Source: Alkalilimnicola ehrlichii MLHE-1 (lineage in GTDB: Bacteria > Pseudomonadota > Gammaproteobacteria > Nitrococcales > Halorhodospiraceae). From it: a stretch of DNA of 32,000 bases. The notes under the pieces are model-generated. The model was not told the origin of the DNA. It saw only the letters and a list, made by a program, of their open reading frames with translations, and did not search any database. This document shows, piece after piece, positions 14,591 to 24,359 of this stretch (position 1 is its first letter; each line of letters starts with the position of its first letter). The stretch is taken from positions 2,040,001-2,072,000 of the forward strand of contig NC_008340.1 in NCBI RefSeq assembly GCF_000014785.1, given 5' to 3'. Made by a program: the position numbers and the translations under genes.

Positions 14591-15979
14591 ATGGTTGATC
14601 CAAGCCGCAAAGATGCCCGTGCCCGGTTCTGGGATCGTTACATCCAGGCTCTCCGAAAGCAAGGCGTGAAGCCACCCTTCGACCGATGGCACGTACGTCG
14701 GGCGGAGGAGTTCATCAAGGCGCACCCTGATCAAAGGCTTCGCGAGTTGGGCCCTGATGGCGTGCAAAGCTACCTGCGACGGAAGGGACACGCCGGTAAT
14801 CTCAAGGCCTGGCAGTTCCAGCAAGTGGTTCGTGCTATACAGACGCTGTATAGCACGGCTAACATAGCATGGGCTGCGAGGTTCGACTGGCAGTATTGGA
14901 TGGATGCCGCCCGAACGCTCGAGCCTGAACACGTTTCTACGGCCCGGGACACCCCAGCGCCAACTCCGGTACGGCTTGCCGAACGTGTTGCTGACACTCG
15001 TCTGGCACACGTGGTACACGCGCACCCCGCGCTTTTTGAGGCTTTTTCTGAAACAGTCACCAGCAGAGGCTTGGCGATCAGCACCGAGAAAACCTACCTG
15101 GCGTGGACCTGCCGGTTCATTGTGTTTCTGCAGTCGAAGCCTGTGGAAAGCGCGGACGAGGCGGATGTTCAACAATTTCTCAGTCAGTTGGTCACACAGC
15201 GCAATGTAGCCGCCAGCACCCAGAGCCAGGCTCTGAACGCTTTGGTCTTCTTCTTCCGGTACGTTCTGCAGCGACCGCTTGGCGAACTCCAGGCTATTGA
15301 GAGGTCAAAACGGCCCAGGCGCCTTCCTGTGGTTCTCTCTCGCAATGAGGTCAAGGCGCTGTTGAGTGAAATGCACGGTGTTCACCATTTGCTGGCCTCA
15401 TTGCTTTATGGTTCCGGCATGCGGGTCATGGAAGCACTACGATTGCGCGTCAAAGATATAGATTTCGAGCGGCGGGCAATCACGGTGAGATCCGGCAAAG
15501 GCGATAAGGATCGCGTGGTACCCCTTCCCGAATCCACGATAGCGCCGCTCCAGAACCACTTGCGGCAGGTGAAGGCCATTCACGAGGGAGACCTGGCCGA
15601 TGGGTACGGTGAAGCCTCCCTCCCCCATGCCCTGGCCCGGAAGTACCGCAATGCCGGGAAGGAATGGCATTGGCAGTATGTGTTTCCCAGTGCCCGGGTA
15701 GCGGTCGATCCCCGATCAGGGGCGATCCGTCGACATCATCTTCATGAAACCGCTGTCCAGCGTGCGGTAAAACGGGCGGTGAGAGCCTCCAGAATACCGA
15801 AACAGGCCAGTTGCCACACCTTGCGGCACAGTTTTGCCACGCACCTGCTGGAGCGCGGCCAGGATATCCGAACCGTGCAAGAGCTCCTGGGCCACGCGGA
15901 TGTATCGACGACCATGATCTACACGCATGTAATGAGCAAAGGTGGCGTCCCTGCGGCGAGCCCGTTGGACGGGCTTTAG
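14591..15979 (+). CDS. intI: Integron integrase (IntI-type tyrosine recombinase) with an approximately 130-aa N-terminal extension
   Basis: 462 aa. It aligns by eye with IntI1 across the N-terminal SAM-like domain, box I ([27 protein letters not shown]), the IntI-specific insertion ([21 protein letters not shown]...RRHHLHE), [28 protein letters not shown] and the tail GG..ASPLDGL. AAGGA lies 4 nt upstream of the ATG. Confidence 0.85.
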   Translation: MVDPSRKDARARFWDRYIQALRKQGVKPPFDRWHVRRAEEFIKAHPDQRLRELGPDGVQSYLRRKGHAGNLKAWQFQQVVRAIQTLYSTANIAWAARFDWQYWMDAARTLEPEHVSTARDTPAPTPVRLAERVADTRLAHVVHAHPALFEAFSETVTSRGLAISTEKTYLAWTCRFIVFLQSKPVESADEADVQQFLSQLVTQRNVAASTQSQALNALVFFFRYVLQRPLGELQAIERSKRPRRLPVVLSRNEVKALLSEMHGVHHLLASLLYGSGMRVMEALRLRVKDIDFERRAITVRSGKGDKDRVVPLPESTIAPLQNHLRQVKAIHEGDLADGYGEASLPHALARKYRNAGKEWHWQYVFPSARVAVDPRSGAIRRHHLHETAVQRAVKRAVRASRIPKQASCHTLRHSFATHLLERGQDIRTVQELLGHADVSTTMIYTHVMSKGGVPAASPLDGL

Positions 15980-16293
15980 GACCGCCCCGGAGGGTCCTGG
16001 CCCAGAAAGCGGGCACGCTACCGCCAGTACGACATTGGGGGGCCCCCTGCCGTAGTCTCTATAGCCAGCTCAAGGCATCAGCGATCCGACAATGCCCAAG
16101 TGTTCAAAGCTACCGGCGACCGGTCACCCTGGTGACTTCCGGCAGTCCGAGCACTGCATCACATCCTGGGCGTTTTTACGCATGGTCGCCTCCGCAGCGC
16201 TCCAGTTGCAAGTCCGCCCCGGCATCCCCACCTTTGCCCCAGCCCCCTCCACCGCTAAAATGGCGGCCCGCTTCCCCAACCTGCCGTGACTGC

Positions 16294-19200
16294 ATGCCCG
16301 AGAAACACGCCTCACCGCTGACACCGCCCCTCCCCGCCAAGGCCGGCAACCGCGAGCACTGGTACGGCCTGCACGGGGCTACCGGCGCGCTGGCCCTGGC
16401 CCAGGCGGCCCGGGCCCATGACGGCCTGGTGGTGGCGGTCACCGACAGCCCCCAGCAGGCGGCGCGGCTGGATACGGAGTTGCGCTTCTTCCTCGGCGAT
16501 CACGCCCGGGGCGAGACGCCGGTGTTCAGCTTCCCGGACTGGGAGACCCTGCCCTACGACGTCTTCTCACCCCACCAGGACATCATCTCCGAGCGGCTGG
16601 CCGCGCTCTACCGCCTGCCGCGCACCCGGGGCGGCGTGCTGATCGTGCCGGTGAACACGCTGATGCAGCGCCTGGCCCCGGTGAGCTGGCTGGAGGGCCA
16701 GGGCCTGATGCTGGGGGTGGGCGACCGGCTGGACCTGGACGCCATGCGCGAGCGGCTGGAGCAGGCCGGCTACCGCTGCGTCTCCGAGGTGGGCGAGCAC
16801 GGCGAGTTCGCGGTGCGCGGCGCCCTGCTCGACCTTTTCCCCATGGGGGCCACACAGCCGGTGCGCATCGACCTGTTCGACGACGAGGTGGAGACCCTGC
16901 GCCACTTCGACCCGGACACCCAGCGCACCACCGAGAAGATCGACCGGGTGGAGCTGCTGCCGGCGCGGGAGTTCCCCACCGACGAGGCGGGCATCACCCA
17001 GTTCCGCGGGGCGTGGCGCGCCGCCTTCGAGGGTGACCCCTCGCGCAGCCTGGTCTACCGGGAGGTGAGCGCCGGCCACCTGCCGGCGGGCATCGAGTAC
17101 TACCTGCCGCTCTTTTTCGAGGAGACGGCCACCCTGTTCGACTACCTGCCCAAGGGCGCCCTGGTGGCCCGCCTGGGCGAGTCGGACACCCAGGCCGACA
17201 CCTACTACACCCAGGTGCGCAACCGCTACGAGCAGCGCCGCCACGACCTGGAGCGGCCGCTGCTGGCACCGGAACGGCTGTTCCTGAGCCCCGACGACCT
17301 GCGCGAGCGGTTCAACACCCTGCCCCAGGTGGTGCTGCACGCCGACACCCCGGCGCCGGAGGCCCCGCGCCCCCGCGAAGTGGTTTTCGAAACCGAGCCG
17401 CTGCCCGACCTGCGCAACCGCCCCCAGGCGGACAACCCGCTGGAGCGACTCACCAGTTACCTCTCCGACTACACCGGCCGGGTGCTCTTCATTGCCGAAA
17501 CCACCGGCCACCGCGAGGCGCTGCTGGAGCGGCTGCAGAAGCACCGCATCCGCCCCCAGGCGTGCGACTGGGAGGGGTTCGTCACCGGTGACATGCCCAT
17601 GGGCGTGGCCGTGGCCCCGGTGGAGCACGGCGCCCAGGTGAATCAGCCCGCCATGGCGCTGATCACCGAGGACGCCATCTACGGCGACCGGGCCCAGCAG
17701 CGGCGCCGGCGCCGCGCCGGGGCGGTGCGCGACCCCGAGACCATCATCCGCGACCTGACCGACCTGGCCATCGGTGCCCCGGTGGTGCACGAGGACCACG
17801 GCGTGGGCCGCTACCTGGGGCTGCAGACCCTGGAGGCCGGCGGGCTGACCACCGAGTTCCTCACCCTGGAGTACGCCAAGGGCGACAAGCTCTACGTGCC
17901 GGTGGCCTCGCTGCATCTGATCTCCCGCTACACCGGCGCCGAGGGCGACGCGGTGCCCGTGCACCAGTTGGGCAGCGACAAGTGGGAGAAGGCCAAGAAG
18001 CGCGCCGCCAAACGCGCCCGGGACGCCGCCGCCGAGTTGCTGGATATCTACGCCCGCCGCGCCGCCCGCGAGGGCCATGCCTACGAGTGGCGGGACGAGG
18101 ACTACCAGGCCTTCGCCGATGCCTTCCCCTTCGAGGAGACCCCGGACCAGGAGAGCGCCATCGCCGCCGTGGAGGCGGACATGCGCTCGTCCCGCCCCAT
18201 GGACCGGGTGGTCTGCGGCGACGTGGGCTTCGGCAAGACCGAGGTGGCCATGCGCGCCGCCTTCATGGGCATCCAGGACGGCCGCCAGGTGGCGGTGATG
18301 GTGCCCACCACCCTGCTGGCCCAACAGCACTTCCAGAACTTCCGCGATCGCTTCTCGGACTGGCCGGTGCGCGTGGAGGTGCTCTCGCGCTTTCGCAGCA
18401 CCAAGGACACCAACGCGGTGCTGCGCGACCTGGCCGACGGCAAGGTGGATATCGTCATCGGCACCCACAAGCTGCTGCAGGACTCGGTCAAGTACAAGGA
18501 CCTGGGGCTGGTGATCATCGACGAGGAGCACCGCTTCGGCGTCCGCCAGAAGGAGAAGCTGAAGAAGCTGCGCGCCGAGGTGGACATCCTCACCCTGACC
18601 GCGACGCCCATCCCGCGCACGCTCAACATGTCCCTGGCCGGTATCCGCGACCTGTCCATCATCGCCACCCCGCCGGCCCGCCGCCTGGCGGTGAAAACCT
18701 TCGTCAACCAGTGGGACCCGGCCATCATCCAGGAGGCCTGCCAGCGCGAGCTCAAGCGCGGCGGGCAGATCTACTTCCTGCACAACGACCTGGACTCCAT
18801 CGACCGCATTGCCCGGGAGCTGGAAGAGCTGGTGCCGGACGCCCGGGTGGACGTGGCCCACGGCCAGATGCCGGAGCGCGACCTGGAGCGGGTGATGCTC
18901 GACTTCTACCACCAGCGCTTCAACATCCTGGTCTGCTCCACCATCATCGAGTCCGGCATCGACGTGCCCACTGCCAACACCATCCTGATCAACCGCGCCG
19001 ACAAGCTGGGCCTTGCCCAACTGCACCAGCTGCGCGGCCGGGTGGGCCGCTCCCACCACCGGGCCTACGCCTACCTGATCGCGCCGCCGGAGAAGGCCAT
19101 GACGGCGGACGCCAAGAAGCGCCTGGAGGCCATCTCCAACCTGGAGGACCTGGGCGTGGGCTTCGCCCTGGCCAGCCACGACCTGGAGATCCGCGGCGCC

Positions 19201-19794
19201 GGCGAGCTGCTGGGCGAGGAGCAGAGCGGGCAGATCAGCGAGGTGGGCTTCAACCTCTACACCGAGCTGCTGGACCGGGCGGTCAAGGCGCTGCAGAGCG
19301 GCGAGGAGCCGGCGTTGGATGAGCCCATGCACCGTGGCGCCGAGGTGGATCTGCGCATCCCGGCGCTGATGCCGGAGGACTACCTGCCCGACGTGCACAC
19401 CCGGCTAGTGATGTACAAGCGCATCGCCAACGCCCGCACGGAGGCGGAGCTGGACGAGCTGCAGGTGGAGATGATCGACCGCTTCGGCCTGCTGCCGGAC
19501 GCCACCCGCAACCTGTTCCGCGTTACCGCCCTCAAGCTGCGCGCCGACGCCCTGGGCATCGAGAAGGTGGAGGGGCTGGCCTCCGGCATTACCCTGCACT
19601 TTGGCAGCAAGCCGAAGATCGACCCGGAGGCGCTGATCTCGCTGATCCAGTCCAGCCCGGAGACCTACCGGCTGCAGGGTCAGGAGAAGCTGCAGTACCG
19701 CAAGCACCTGCCGGAGGCGGAGGACCGGATCCGCGCCGTGGACGAGCTGCTGCGGGCGCTGCGACCTTCCGCTCGGGAGACCGCCGGCGCCTGA
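16294..19794 (+). CDS. mfd: Transcription-repair coupling factor
   Basis: About 1166 aa from MPEKHASPLTPPLPAKAG (compare E. coli MPEQYRYTLPVKAG). Walker A (GDVGFGKTEV) and DEEH (IIDEEHRFG) are present, with UvrB-homology and TRG regions. The ORF-track start at 15811 is an upstream read-through of the open frame. Confidence 0.93.
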   Translation: MPEKHASPLTPPLPAKAGNREHWYGLHGATGALALAQAARAHDGLVVAVTDSPQQAARLDTELRFFLGDHARGETPVFSFPDWETLPYDVFSPHQDIISERLAALYRLPRTRGGVLIVPVNTLMQRLAPVSWLEGQGLMLGVGDRLDLDAMRERLEQAGYRCVSEVGEHGEFAVRGALLDLFPMGATQPVRIDLFDDEVETLRHFDPDTQRTTEKIDRVELLPAREFPTDEAGITQFRGAWRAAFEGDPSRSLVYREVSAGHLPAGIEYYLPLFFEETATLFDYLPKGALVARLGESDTQADTYYTQVRNRYEQRRHDLERPLLAPERLFLSPDDLRERFNTLPQVVLHADTPAPEAPRPREVVFETEPLPDLRNRPQADNPLERLTSYLSDYTGRVLFIAETTGHREALLERLQKHRIRPQACDWEGFVTGDMPMGVAVAPVEHGAQVNQPAMALITEDAIYGDRAQQRRRRRAGAVRDPETIIRDLTDLAIGAPVVHEDHGVGRYLGLQTLEAGGLTTEFLTLEYAKGDKLYVPVASLHLISRYTGAEGDAVPVHQLGSDKWEKAKKRAAKRARDAAAELLDIYARRAAREGHAYEWRDEDYQAFADAFPFEETPDQESAIAAVEADMRSSRPMDRVVCGDVGFGKTEVAMRAAFMGIQDGRQVAVMVPTTLLAQQHFQNFRDRFSDWPVRVEVLSRFRSTKDTNAVLRDLADGKVDIVIGTHKLLQDSVKYKDLGLVIIDEEHRFGVRQKEKLKKLRAEVDILTLTATPIPRTLNMSLAGIRDLSIIATPPARRLAVKTFVNQWDPAIIQEACQRELKRGGQIYFLHNDLDSIDRIARELEELVPDARVDVAHGQMPERDLERVMLDFYHQRFNILVCSTIIESGIDVPTANTILINRADKLGLAQLHQLRGRVGRSHHRAYAYLIAPPEKAMTADAKKRLEAISNLEDLGVGFALASHDLEIRGAGELLGEEQSGQISEVGFNLYTELLDRAVKALQSGEEPALDEPMHRGAEVDLRIPALMPEDYLPDVHTRLVMYKRIANARTEAELDELQVEMIDRFGLLPDATRNLFRVTALKLRADALGIEKVEGLASGITLHFGSKPKIDPEALISLIQSSPETYRLQGQEKLQYRKHLPEAEDRIRAVDELLRALRPSARETAGA

Positions 19795-19872
19795 GGGGGC
19801 AACACCCCGGTGCTTATGTCATAGTATTCGCGAAAAGCCCACCCTACCCACCACGGATTGAGCCACGGACGC

Positions 19873-20541
19873 ATGCAGACACCTCGCCCGCACGCCACTC
19901 CATCCCGCCGCACCGGTTGGGCCGTGCCCGGCCTGTTGGCCCTTCTGCTCTCGCTGGTGGGCGGTACCGCACTGCTGCTGCCCGGTACCGTGGCGGCAGA
20001 GCAGCAGTACGATGTGGAGCTGATTATCTTCCGCCAGTGGGAGGCGCGCGGCGACGACGCCGAGGCCTGGCCGCTGTCGGTGGGCGCGCCCCACTTCGGA
20101 CGCTGGCAGCCGCTGGGCGCCCGTGGTTTCCAACGCCTGTCCGGCAACCAGTTGCGTCTGCACGGCGCCCGCCAGCGCCTGGAGCAGTCCGACGCCTATG
20201 ACCCCCTGCTGCATATCGGCTGGCGCCAGGAAGGCCTGCCGCGCAACCGCTCGGTGGCCGTGCCCCTCCCCCCCGCCTGGATGCCCCCGCAGGCCCCGGA
20301 GGAATGGGCCCCCTCGCTGGAGCCCCAGCGGCTCTACGGGCTGGTGCGCGTCTACCGCGAGCGCTTCCTGCACGCGGTGATCGATCTGCGCTACCGCCGT
20401 GATACCGGCGACCGCGACGCCCTGCTGCCGGCCGGCGCCGTCCATGCCCTGCAACAGAGCCGGCGTATGCGCAGCGATGAGCTGCACTACCTGGACCATC
20501 CGGTGCTGGGTGTGCTCATCCAGATCCGACCGGTCGACTGA
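19873..20541 (+). CDS. CsiV-family (DUF2803) periplasmic protein
   Basis: Signal-peptide-like N-terminus, YDVELIIFRQWE near the mature start and ELHYLDHPVLGVLIQIRP at the C-terminus, as remembered for CsiV. Position downstream of mfd is common in Gammaproteobacteria. The ATG at 19873 is preferred over the TTG at 19858. Confidence 0.6.
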   Translation: MQTPRPHATPSRRTGWAVPGLLALLLSLVGGTALLLPGTVAAEQQYDVELIIFRQWEARGDDAEAWPLSVGAPHFGRWQPLGARGFQRLSGNQLRLHGARQRLEQSDAYDPLLHIGWRQEGLPRNRSVAVPLPPAWMPPQAPEEWAPSLEPQRLYGLVRVYRERFLHAVIDLRYRRDTGDRDALLPAGAVHALQQSRRMRSDELHYLDHPVLGVLIQIRPVD

Positions 20542-20676
20542 CCCGGCCCACGGGGTAAGCACCGGAATGCCCGCCGGTGCGCCGCCCGCACACCGATCCG
20601 TCATTTTTTTGACGCCCTCAGCGCGGTACCGAATCCGCCCTGTGCGACCGCTCGGAGCGCGTTATCATGGAGGGAA

Positions 20677-22047
20677 ATGATACATAAGAGGTTGTCACCC
20701 GAGATCATGCCAAACAATACCGGCCATCCCGCGCCCCAGGACCCCCGTGAACTGCAACAGGCGCTGGTGGAGGTCAGCCTGCGGCTGGAGCGCCGGGTAC
20801 GGGAACTGGAGGCGCTGGTCAGCGTCACCGAACGAATCAACCGCGGGCTGTTGCTGGACGACGTGCTGGACGAGATCTACGACTCCTTCCGGCCGATCAT
20901 CCCCTATGACCGGATCGGTGTCGCCCTGCTCGAGGAGAACGACCAGGGCGAGCAACTGGTCCGCTCGCGCTGGGCACGCTCCGACCACCGCACCGCCCAC
21001 ATCGGCCCGGGCTACGCCGCGCCGCTGGCCGGCAGTAGCCTGGAGCGCATCCTCAAGACCGGCGAGCCGCGCATCATCAACGACCTGCAGGAACACCTGC
21101 TGCACAACCCGCGCTCCAAGTCCACCCAGCAGATCCTCAAAGACGGCGTGCGCTCCAGCCTCACCTGCCCGCTGGTGGCCATGGGCCGTCCGGTGGGCTT
21201 CATCTTCTTCTCCAGCAACGCGCCCAACACCTACCGCAACGCCCACATCGCCACCTTCCAGCAGATCGCCGGGCAGCTCGCCACCATCCTGGAAAAGAGC
21301 CGCCTTTACGAGCGGCTGATGGAGCTCAACGACCTCAAAAACCGCTTCCTGGGCGTGGCGGCCCACGACCTGCGCAACCCGTTGGGGGTGCTCAACGGCT
21401 ACATCGATCTGCTGCGCCAGGAGGCCCTCGGCCCATTGAACGAGGCCCAACAGGAGGTGATGGGGGTGATGGCGGACGTCGCCGAGCGCATGAGCGCGCT
21501 GGTGGAGGACCTGCTCGATGTCAGCGCCATCGAATCGGGGCAGTTGGAGCTGGAGCGCGAACCGCTGGACCTCAACCGCTTCCTGCAGGGGCAGGCCCAC
21601 GCCCAAGGGCTGATCGCCCAGGGCAAGTCGATCCGCATCGTGCTGGACATCCCGGAACCGCTGCCCACGGTGGCGGTGGACAGCCGCCGCCTGGGCCAGG
21701 TGCTGGACAACTTGATCGCCAACGCGGTCAAGTTCTCGCCCAGGGACAGCACCATCACCCTCGGCGGCCGCGCCGACGATCAGTCGGTTCGGATCAGCGT
21801 CAGTGACCAGGGCCCGGGCATCCCGGCCGAGGAACGGGCGCAGCTCTTCCAGCCCTTCCGGCGCGGCAGTAACGCCCCCACCGCCGATGAGAAGAGCACC
21901 GGGCTGGGTCTGTCCATTGTCCAGAAACTGGTTCAGGCCCACGGCGGACAGGTGGCGGTGGACGCGGCCCCCGGCGGCGGCGCCCGCTTCACCGTGACCC
22001 TGCCCCGGCAGCCCGACCCAGAACAGAAAGGCGATGCCCCGGCATGA
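20677..22047 (+). CDS. GAF-domain sensor histidine kinase
   Basis: 456 aa. H-box AAHDLRNPL, N-box DNLIANAVKFSP, G1 DQGPGI and G2 GLGLSIV, with an N-terminal GAF-like region. GGAGGGA SD upstream of the ATG. Confidence 0.88.
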   Translation: MIHKRLSPEIMPNNTGHPAPQDPRELQQALVEVSLRLERRVRELEALVSVTERINRGLLLDDVLDEIYDSFRPIIPYDRIGVALLEENDQGEQLVRSRWARSDHRTAHIGPGYAAPLAGSSLERILKTGEPRIINDLQEHLLHNPRSKSTQQILKDGVRSSLTCPLVAMGRPVGFIFFSSNAPNTYRNAHIATFQQIAGQLATILEKSRLYERLMELNDLKNRFLGVAAHDLRNPLGVLNGYIDLLRQEALGPLNEAQQEVMGVMADVAERMSALVEDLLDVSAIESGQLELEREPLDLNRFLQGQAHAQGLIAQGKSIRIVLDIPEPLPTVAVDSRRLGQVLDNLIANAVKFSPRDSTITLGGRADDQSVRISVSDQGPGIPAEERAQLFQPFRRGSNAPTADEKSTGLGLSIVQKLVQAHGGQVAVDAAPGGGARFTVTLPRQPDPEQKGDAPA

Positions 22048-22436
22048 CGACCCCGAGCCTGCCCGACCGCGTCCTCATCGTGGACGACTTCCAGCCCATG
22101 CGCTCGCTGCTCAACACCATGCTGCGCCAGATGGGCTTCGAGAATATCGACCAGGCACACAACGGCCGCAGCGCGCTGGAGAGCTTCCGCGGCCGCAAAC
22201 AGCCGCTGGTCTTTCTCGACATCAGCATGCCCGACATGACCGGCCTGGAGGTGCTGCGCGAGCTGCGGGAGCTGGAGGGCGGGGACCAGGCCTTCGTCAT
22301 CATGCAGACCGGCGACGCCACCCGCGACAATGTCCTGGAGGCCAAGGAGCTGGGGGTGGGGGGGTTTATCGCCAAGCCCTACAACATGCAGAAGGTGAAG
22401 GCGCTGGTCGGGGTTTACCTCAAGCGGGACCGATAG
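22044..22436 (+). CDS. Single-domain CheY-like response regulator
   Basis: 130 aa. Receiver motifs (VDDF, phospho-acceptor LDISMPDMTG, FIAKPY). ATGA overlap with the kinase gene. Confidence 0.88.
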   Translation: MTTPSLPDRVLIVDDFQPMRSLLNTMLRQMGFENIDQAHNGRSALESFRGRKQPLVFLDISMPDMTGLEVLRELRELEGGDQAFVIMQTGDATRDNVLEAKELGVGGFIAKPYNMQKVKALVGVYLKRDR

Positions 22437-22444
22437 CCGCGCAA

Positions 22445-22526
22445 CCGTCATCGCGAGGGCCGGAGGCCTCCCCCCGTCATCGCGAGGGCCGAAGGCCTCC
22501 CCCCGTCATCGCGAGGGCCGGAGGCC
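22445..22526 (+). repeat. Tandem 29-bp repeat, about 2.8 copies (CCGTCATCGCGAGGGCCGGAGGCCTCCCC)
   Basis: Head-to-tail copies start at 22445, 22474 and 22503 with one substitution. The array begins 8 nt after the response-regulator stop codon. Confidence 0.9.
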
Positions 22527-22570
22527 CGTGGCGATCCAGAGCGGTAGACTGCCGCGTCGGCTTCGCCTCC

Positions 22571-22765
22571 TCGCAGTGACGGTGGGGCAGGGCCGGGCTC
22601 GCAGTGACGGTGGGGGCGGGTCCGCGCTCCCTGTGACGGTGGGGGCGGGTCCGCGCTCCCTGTGACGGTGGGGCGGGGCCGGGGTCGCCGTGACGGTGGG
22701 CGGGGCCGGGCTCGCAGTGGCGATGGGGGCGGGCCCGCGCCCGGGGTGACGGTGGGGGTGGGTGT
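22571..22765 (+). repeat. Tandem 28-29-bp G-rich repeat, about 7 degenerate copies (core GTGACGGTGGGG(G)CGGG), inverted relative of the 22445-22526 unit
   Basis: GTGACGG cores start at 22576, 22604, 22633, 22662, 22690 and 22746, with a variant (GTGGCGATGG) at about 22717. CTCGCAGTGACGG matches the reverse complement of the first repeat (CTCGCGATGACGG) at 11 of 13 positions. The array runs up to the lysS stop codon. Confidence 0.85.
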
Positions 22766-24264
22766 TACTCCCCCGTCTCCGGGCGCATGGCCGGGAACAG
22801 CAGGACGTCCCGGATGGATGGGGCGTCGGCGAAGAGCATCACCAGCCGGTCGATGCCGATGCCCTCGCCCGCCGTGGGGGGTAACCCGTACTCCAGCGCC
22901 CGGATGAAATCGGCGTCGTAGTGCATCGCCTCGTCATCGCCGGCGGCCTTTTCCGCCGCCTGGGCCCGGAACCGCTCCGCCTGGTCCTCGGCGTCGTTCA
23001 GCTCGGAGAAGCCATTGGCAATCTCCCGGCCGCCGACGATCAGCTCGAACCGCTCGGTGTAGAAGGGGTCGTCATCCACCGGCCGGGCCAGCGGCGAGAC
23101 CTCCTTGGGGTAGTGGGTCACGAACGTGGGCTCGCGCAGCTTGTGCTCCGTCGTGGTCTCGAAGATCACCATCTGCAGCTTGCCGAGCCCCTCATGCCCC
23201 ATCAGCGGGATGTTCAGGTGCCCAGCCAGGTTGAGCGCCGAATCCCGGTCGGTCAGCGCCTCCGGCCCGATGTCGGGGTTGAACTCACAGATCGCATCCA
23301 CCATCCGGATCCGCCGGAAGGGCCGGCCGAAGTCGAAGGTTTCACCCTGATAGGTGATCTGCGTCGTGCCCAACTGCTCCTCGGCCAGCCGCCGCAGCAT
23401 AGCCTCGGTCAGGTCCATCAGGTCGTTGTGATCCGCGTAGGCCTGATAGAACTCCAGCATCGTGAACTCGGGGTTGTGGCGGGTGCTCACCCCCTCGTTA
23501 CGGAAATTCCGGTTGATCTCGTAGACCTGTTCGAAGCCGCCCACCACCAGCCGCTTCAGGTACAGCTCCGGCGCCACCCGCAGGTACAGGTCCGCGCCCA
23601 GGGCGTTGTGATGGGTCACGAACGGTCGCGCCGTCGCGCCGCCCGGAATGGGCTGCATCATCGGCGTCTCCACCTCGAGAAAACCACGGCCGTTCAAAAA
23701 GTCACGAATGCCCGCCACCAGCCGGCTGCGCAGCATGAAGACCCGGCGTGAGTCGTCGTTCATGATCAGGTCGACGTAGCGCTGGCGGTAGCGCGCCTCG
23801 GTGTCCGTCAGCCCGTGGTACTTCTCGGGCAGCGGGCGCAGCGACTTGGTGAGCAGGCGCAGCTCGTCCACCTTAACCGACAGCTCGCCCTTGCGGGTGC
23901 GGAACAACGTCCCCGCCGCGCCGATGATGTCACCGACATCCCAGCCCTTGAACTGCTGGTAGACCCCCTCCGGCAGCTCATCTCGGGCCAGAAAGAGCTG
24001 GATGCGACCGGACTGATCCTGCAGGTGGGTAAAGCTCGCCTTGCCCATCACCCGCTTGGCCATCATCCGCCCGGCCACCCGCACGCGGATGTTCTCCGCC
24101 TCCAGCGCCTCGTCGTCCAGCTCCGCGCAGCGGGCGTGGATGTCCGCTGCCAGGCTGTCGCGGCGGAAGTCGTTGGGGAAGGCCTGGCCGGCCTCGCGCA
24201 ACGCGGCGAGCTTTTCCCGCCGCTGGGCGATGAGCTTGTTGTCGTCCTGCTCGGTCATGGTCAT
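22765..24264 (-). CDS. lysS: Lysine--tRNA ligase (class II)
   Basis: 499 aa with full-length resemblance to LysS (N-terminal OB-fold region, class II motifs such as [13 protein letters not shown] and [11 protein letters not shown]). Conserved prfB-lysS synteny. Confidence 0.95.
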   Translation of the reverse strand: MTMTEQDDNKLIAQRREKLAALREAGQAFPNDFRRDSLAADIHARCAELDDEALEAENIRVRVAGRMMAKRVMGKASFTHLQDQSGRIQLFLARDELPEGVYQQFKGWDVGDIIGAAGTLFRTRKGELSVKVDELRLLTKSLRPLPEKYHGLTDTEARYRQRYVDLIMNDDSRRVFMLRSRLVAGIRDFLNGRGFLEVETPMMQPIPGGATARPFVTHHNALGADLYLRVAPELYLKRLVVGGFEQVYEINRNFRNEGVSTRHNPEFTMLEFYQAYADHNDLMDLTEAMLRRLAEEQLGTTQITYQGETFDFGRPFRRIRMVDAICEFNPDIGPEALTDRDSALNLAGHLNIPLMGHEGLGKLQMVIFETTTEHKLREPTFVTHYPKEVSPLARPVDDDPFYTERFELIVGGREIANGFSELNDAEDQAERFRAQAAEKAAGDDEAMHYDADFIRALEYGLPPTAGEGIGIDRLVMLFADAPSIRDVLLFPAMRPETGE

Positions 24265-24359
24265 CTGCTCTGTTGGTCAACCTTGGGAAAGCGCCGCGGG
24301 CGGACAGGGGCCGGGCCTCGGCCCCCGGGTCGGCCCCCGGGGGTCGGGCGCGGGCGCGC

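Larger units (their letters stand above)
440..15979. mobile_element. Chromosomal integron: intI, an IS91-family insertion, an attI-like site, and a minus-strand cassette array with 5 full attC sites plus a decayed distal end
   Basis: intI-type recombinase at 14591-15979 (+), divergent from the cassette ORFs, which are all on the minus strand. There are five imperfect palindromes with RYYYAAC/GTTRRRY-like ends. The R''/R' 7-mers match cassette by cassette. AT-richer composition starts at about 440 next to host-like sequence. The outer limits are approximate. Confidence 0.8.

Noticed and set aside
15811-16293. N-terminal extension of mfd to a 1327-aa protein overlapping the intI 3' end
   Set aside because: The extension is Pro/Arg/Ala-rich with no homology pattern. 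The ATG at 16294 yields MPEKH..., which matches the canonical Mfd N-terminus and length.
15980-16293. tRNA/tmRNA gene or direct repeats marking an integrase-mediated island junction next to mfd
   Set aside because: No cloverleaf-compatible sequence and no repeat of the left junction (about 431-447) were visible. The insertion mechanism of the whole locus remains undetermined.
16567-19398. 943-aa ORF on the minus strand, plus several other long ORFs (for example 17982-19322 +) inside mfd
   Set aside because: It is antisense or out of frame to a gene with unmistakable Mfd motifs. The translation is low-complexity (G/A/R/L/V/H/Q-rich), as expected from stop-codon depletion in very GC-rich DNA.
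22445-22765. Possible CRISPR array (regular 28-29-bp repeats)
   Set aside because: The repeats are directly head to tail with no unique spacers. The two halves are inverted relative to each other. The copies are degenerate, and no cas genes are nearby.
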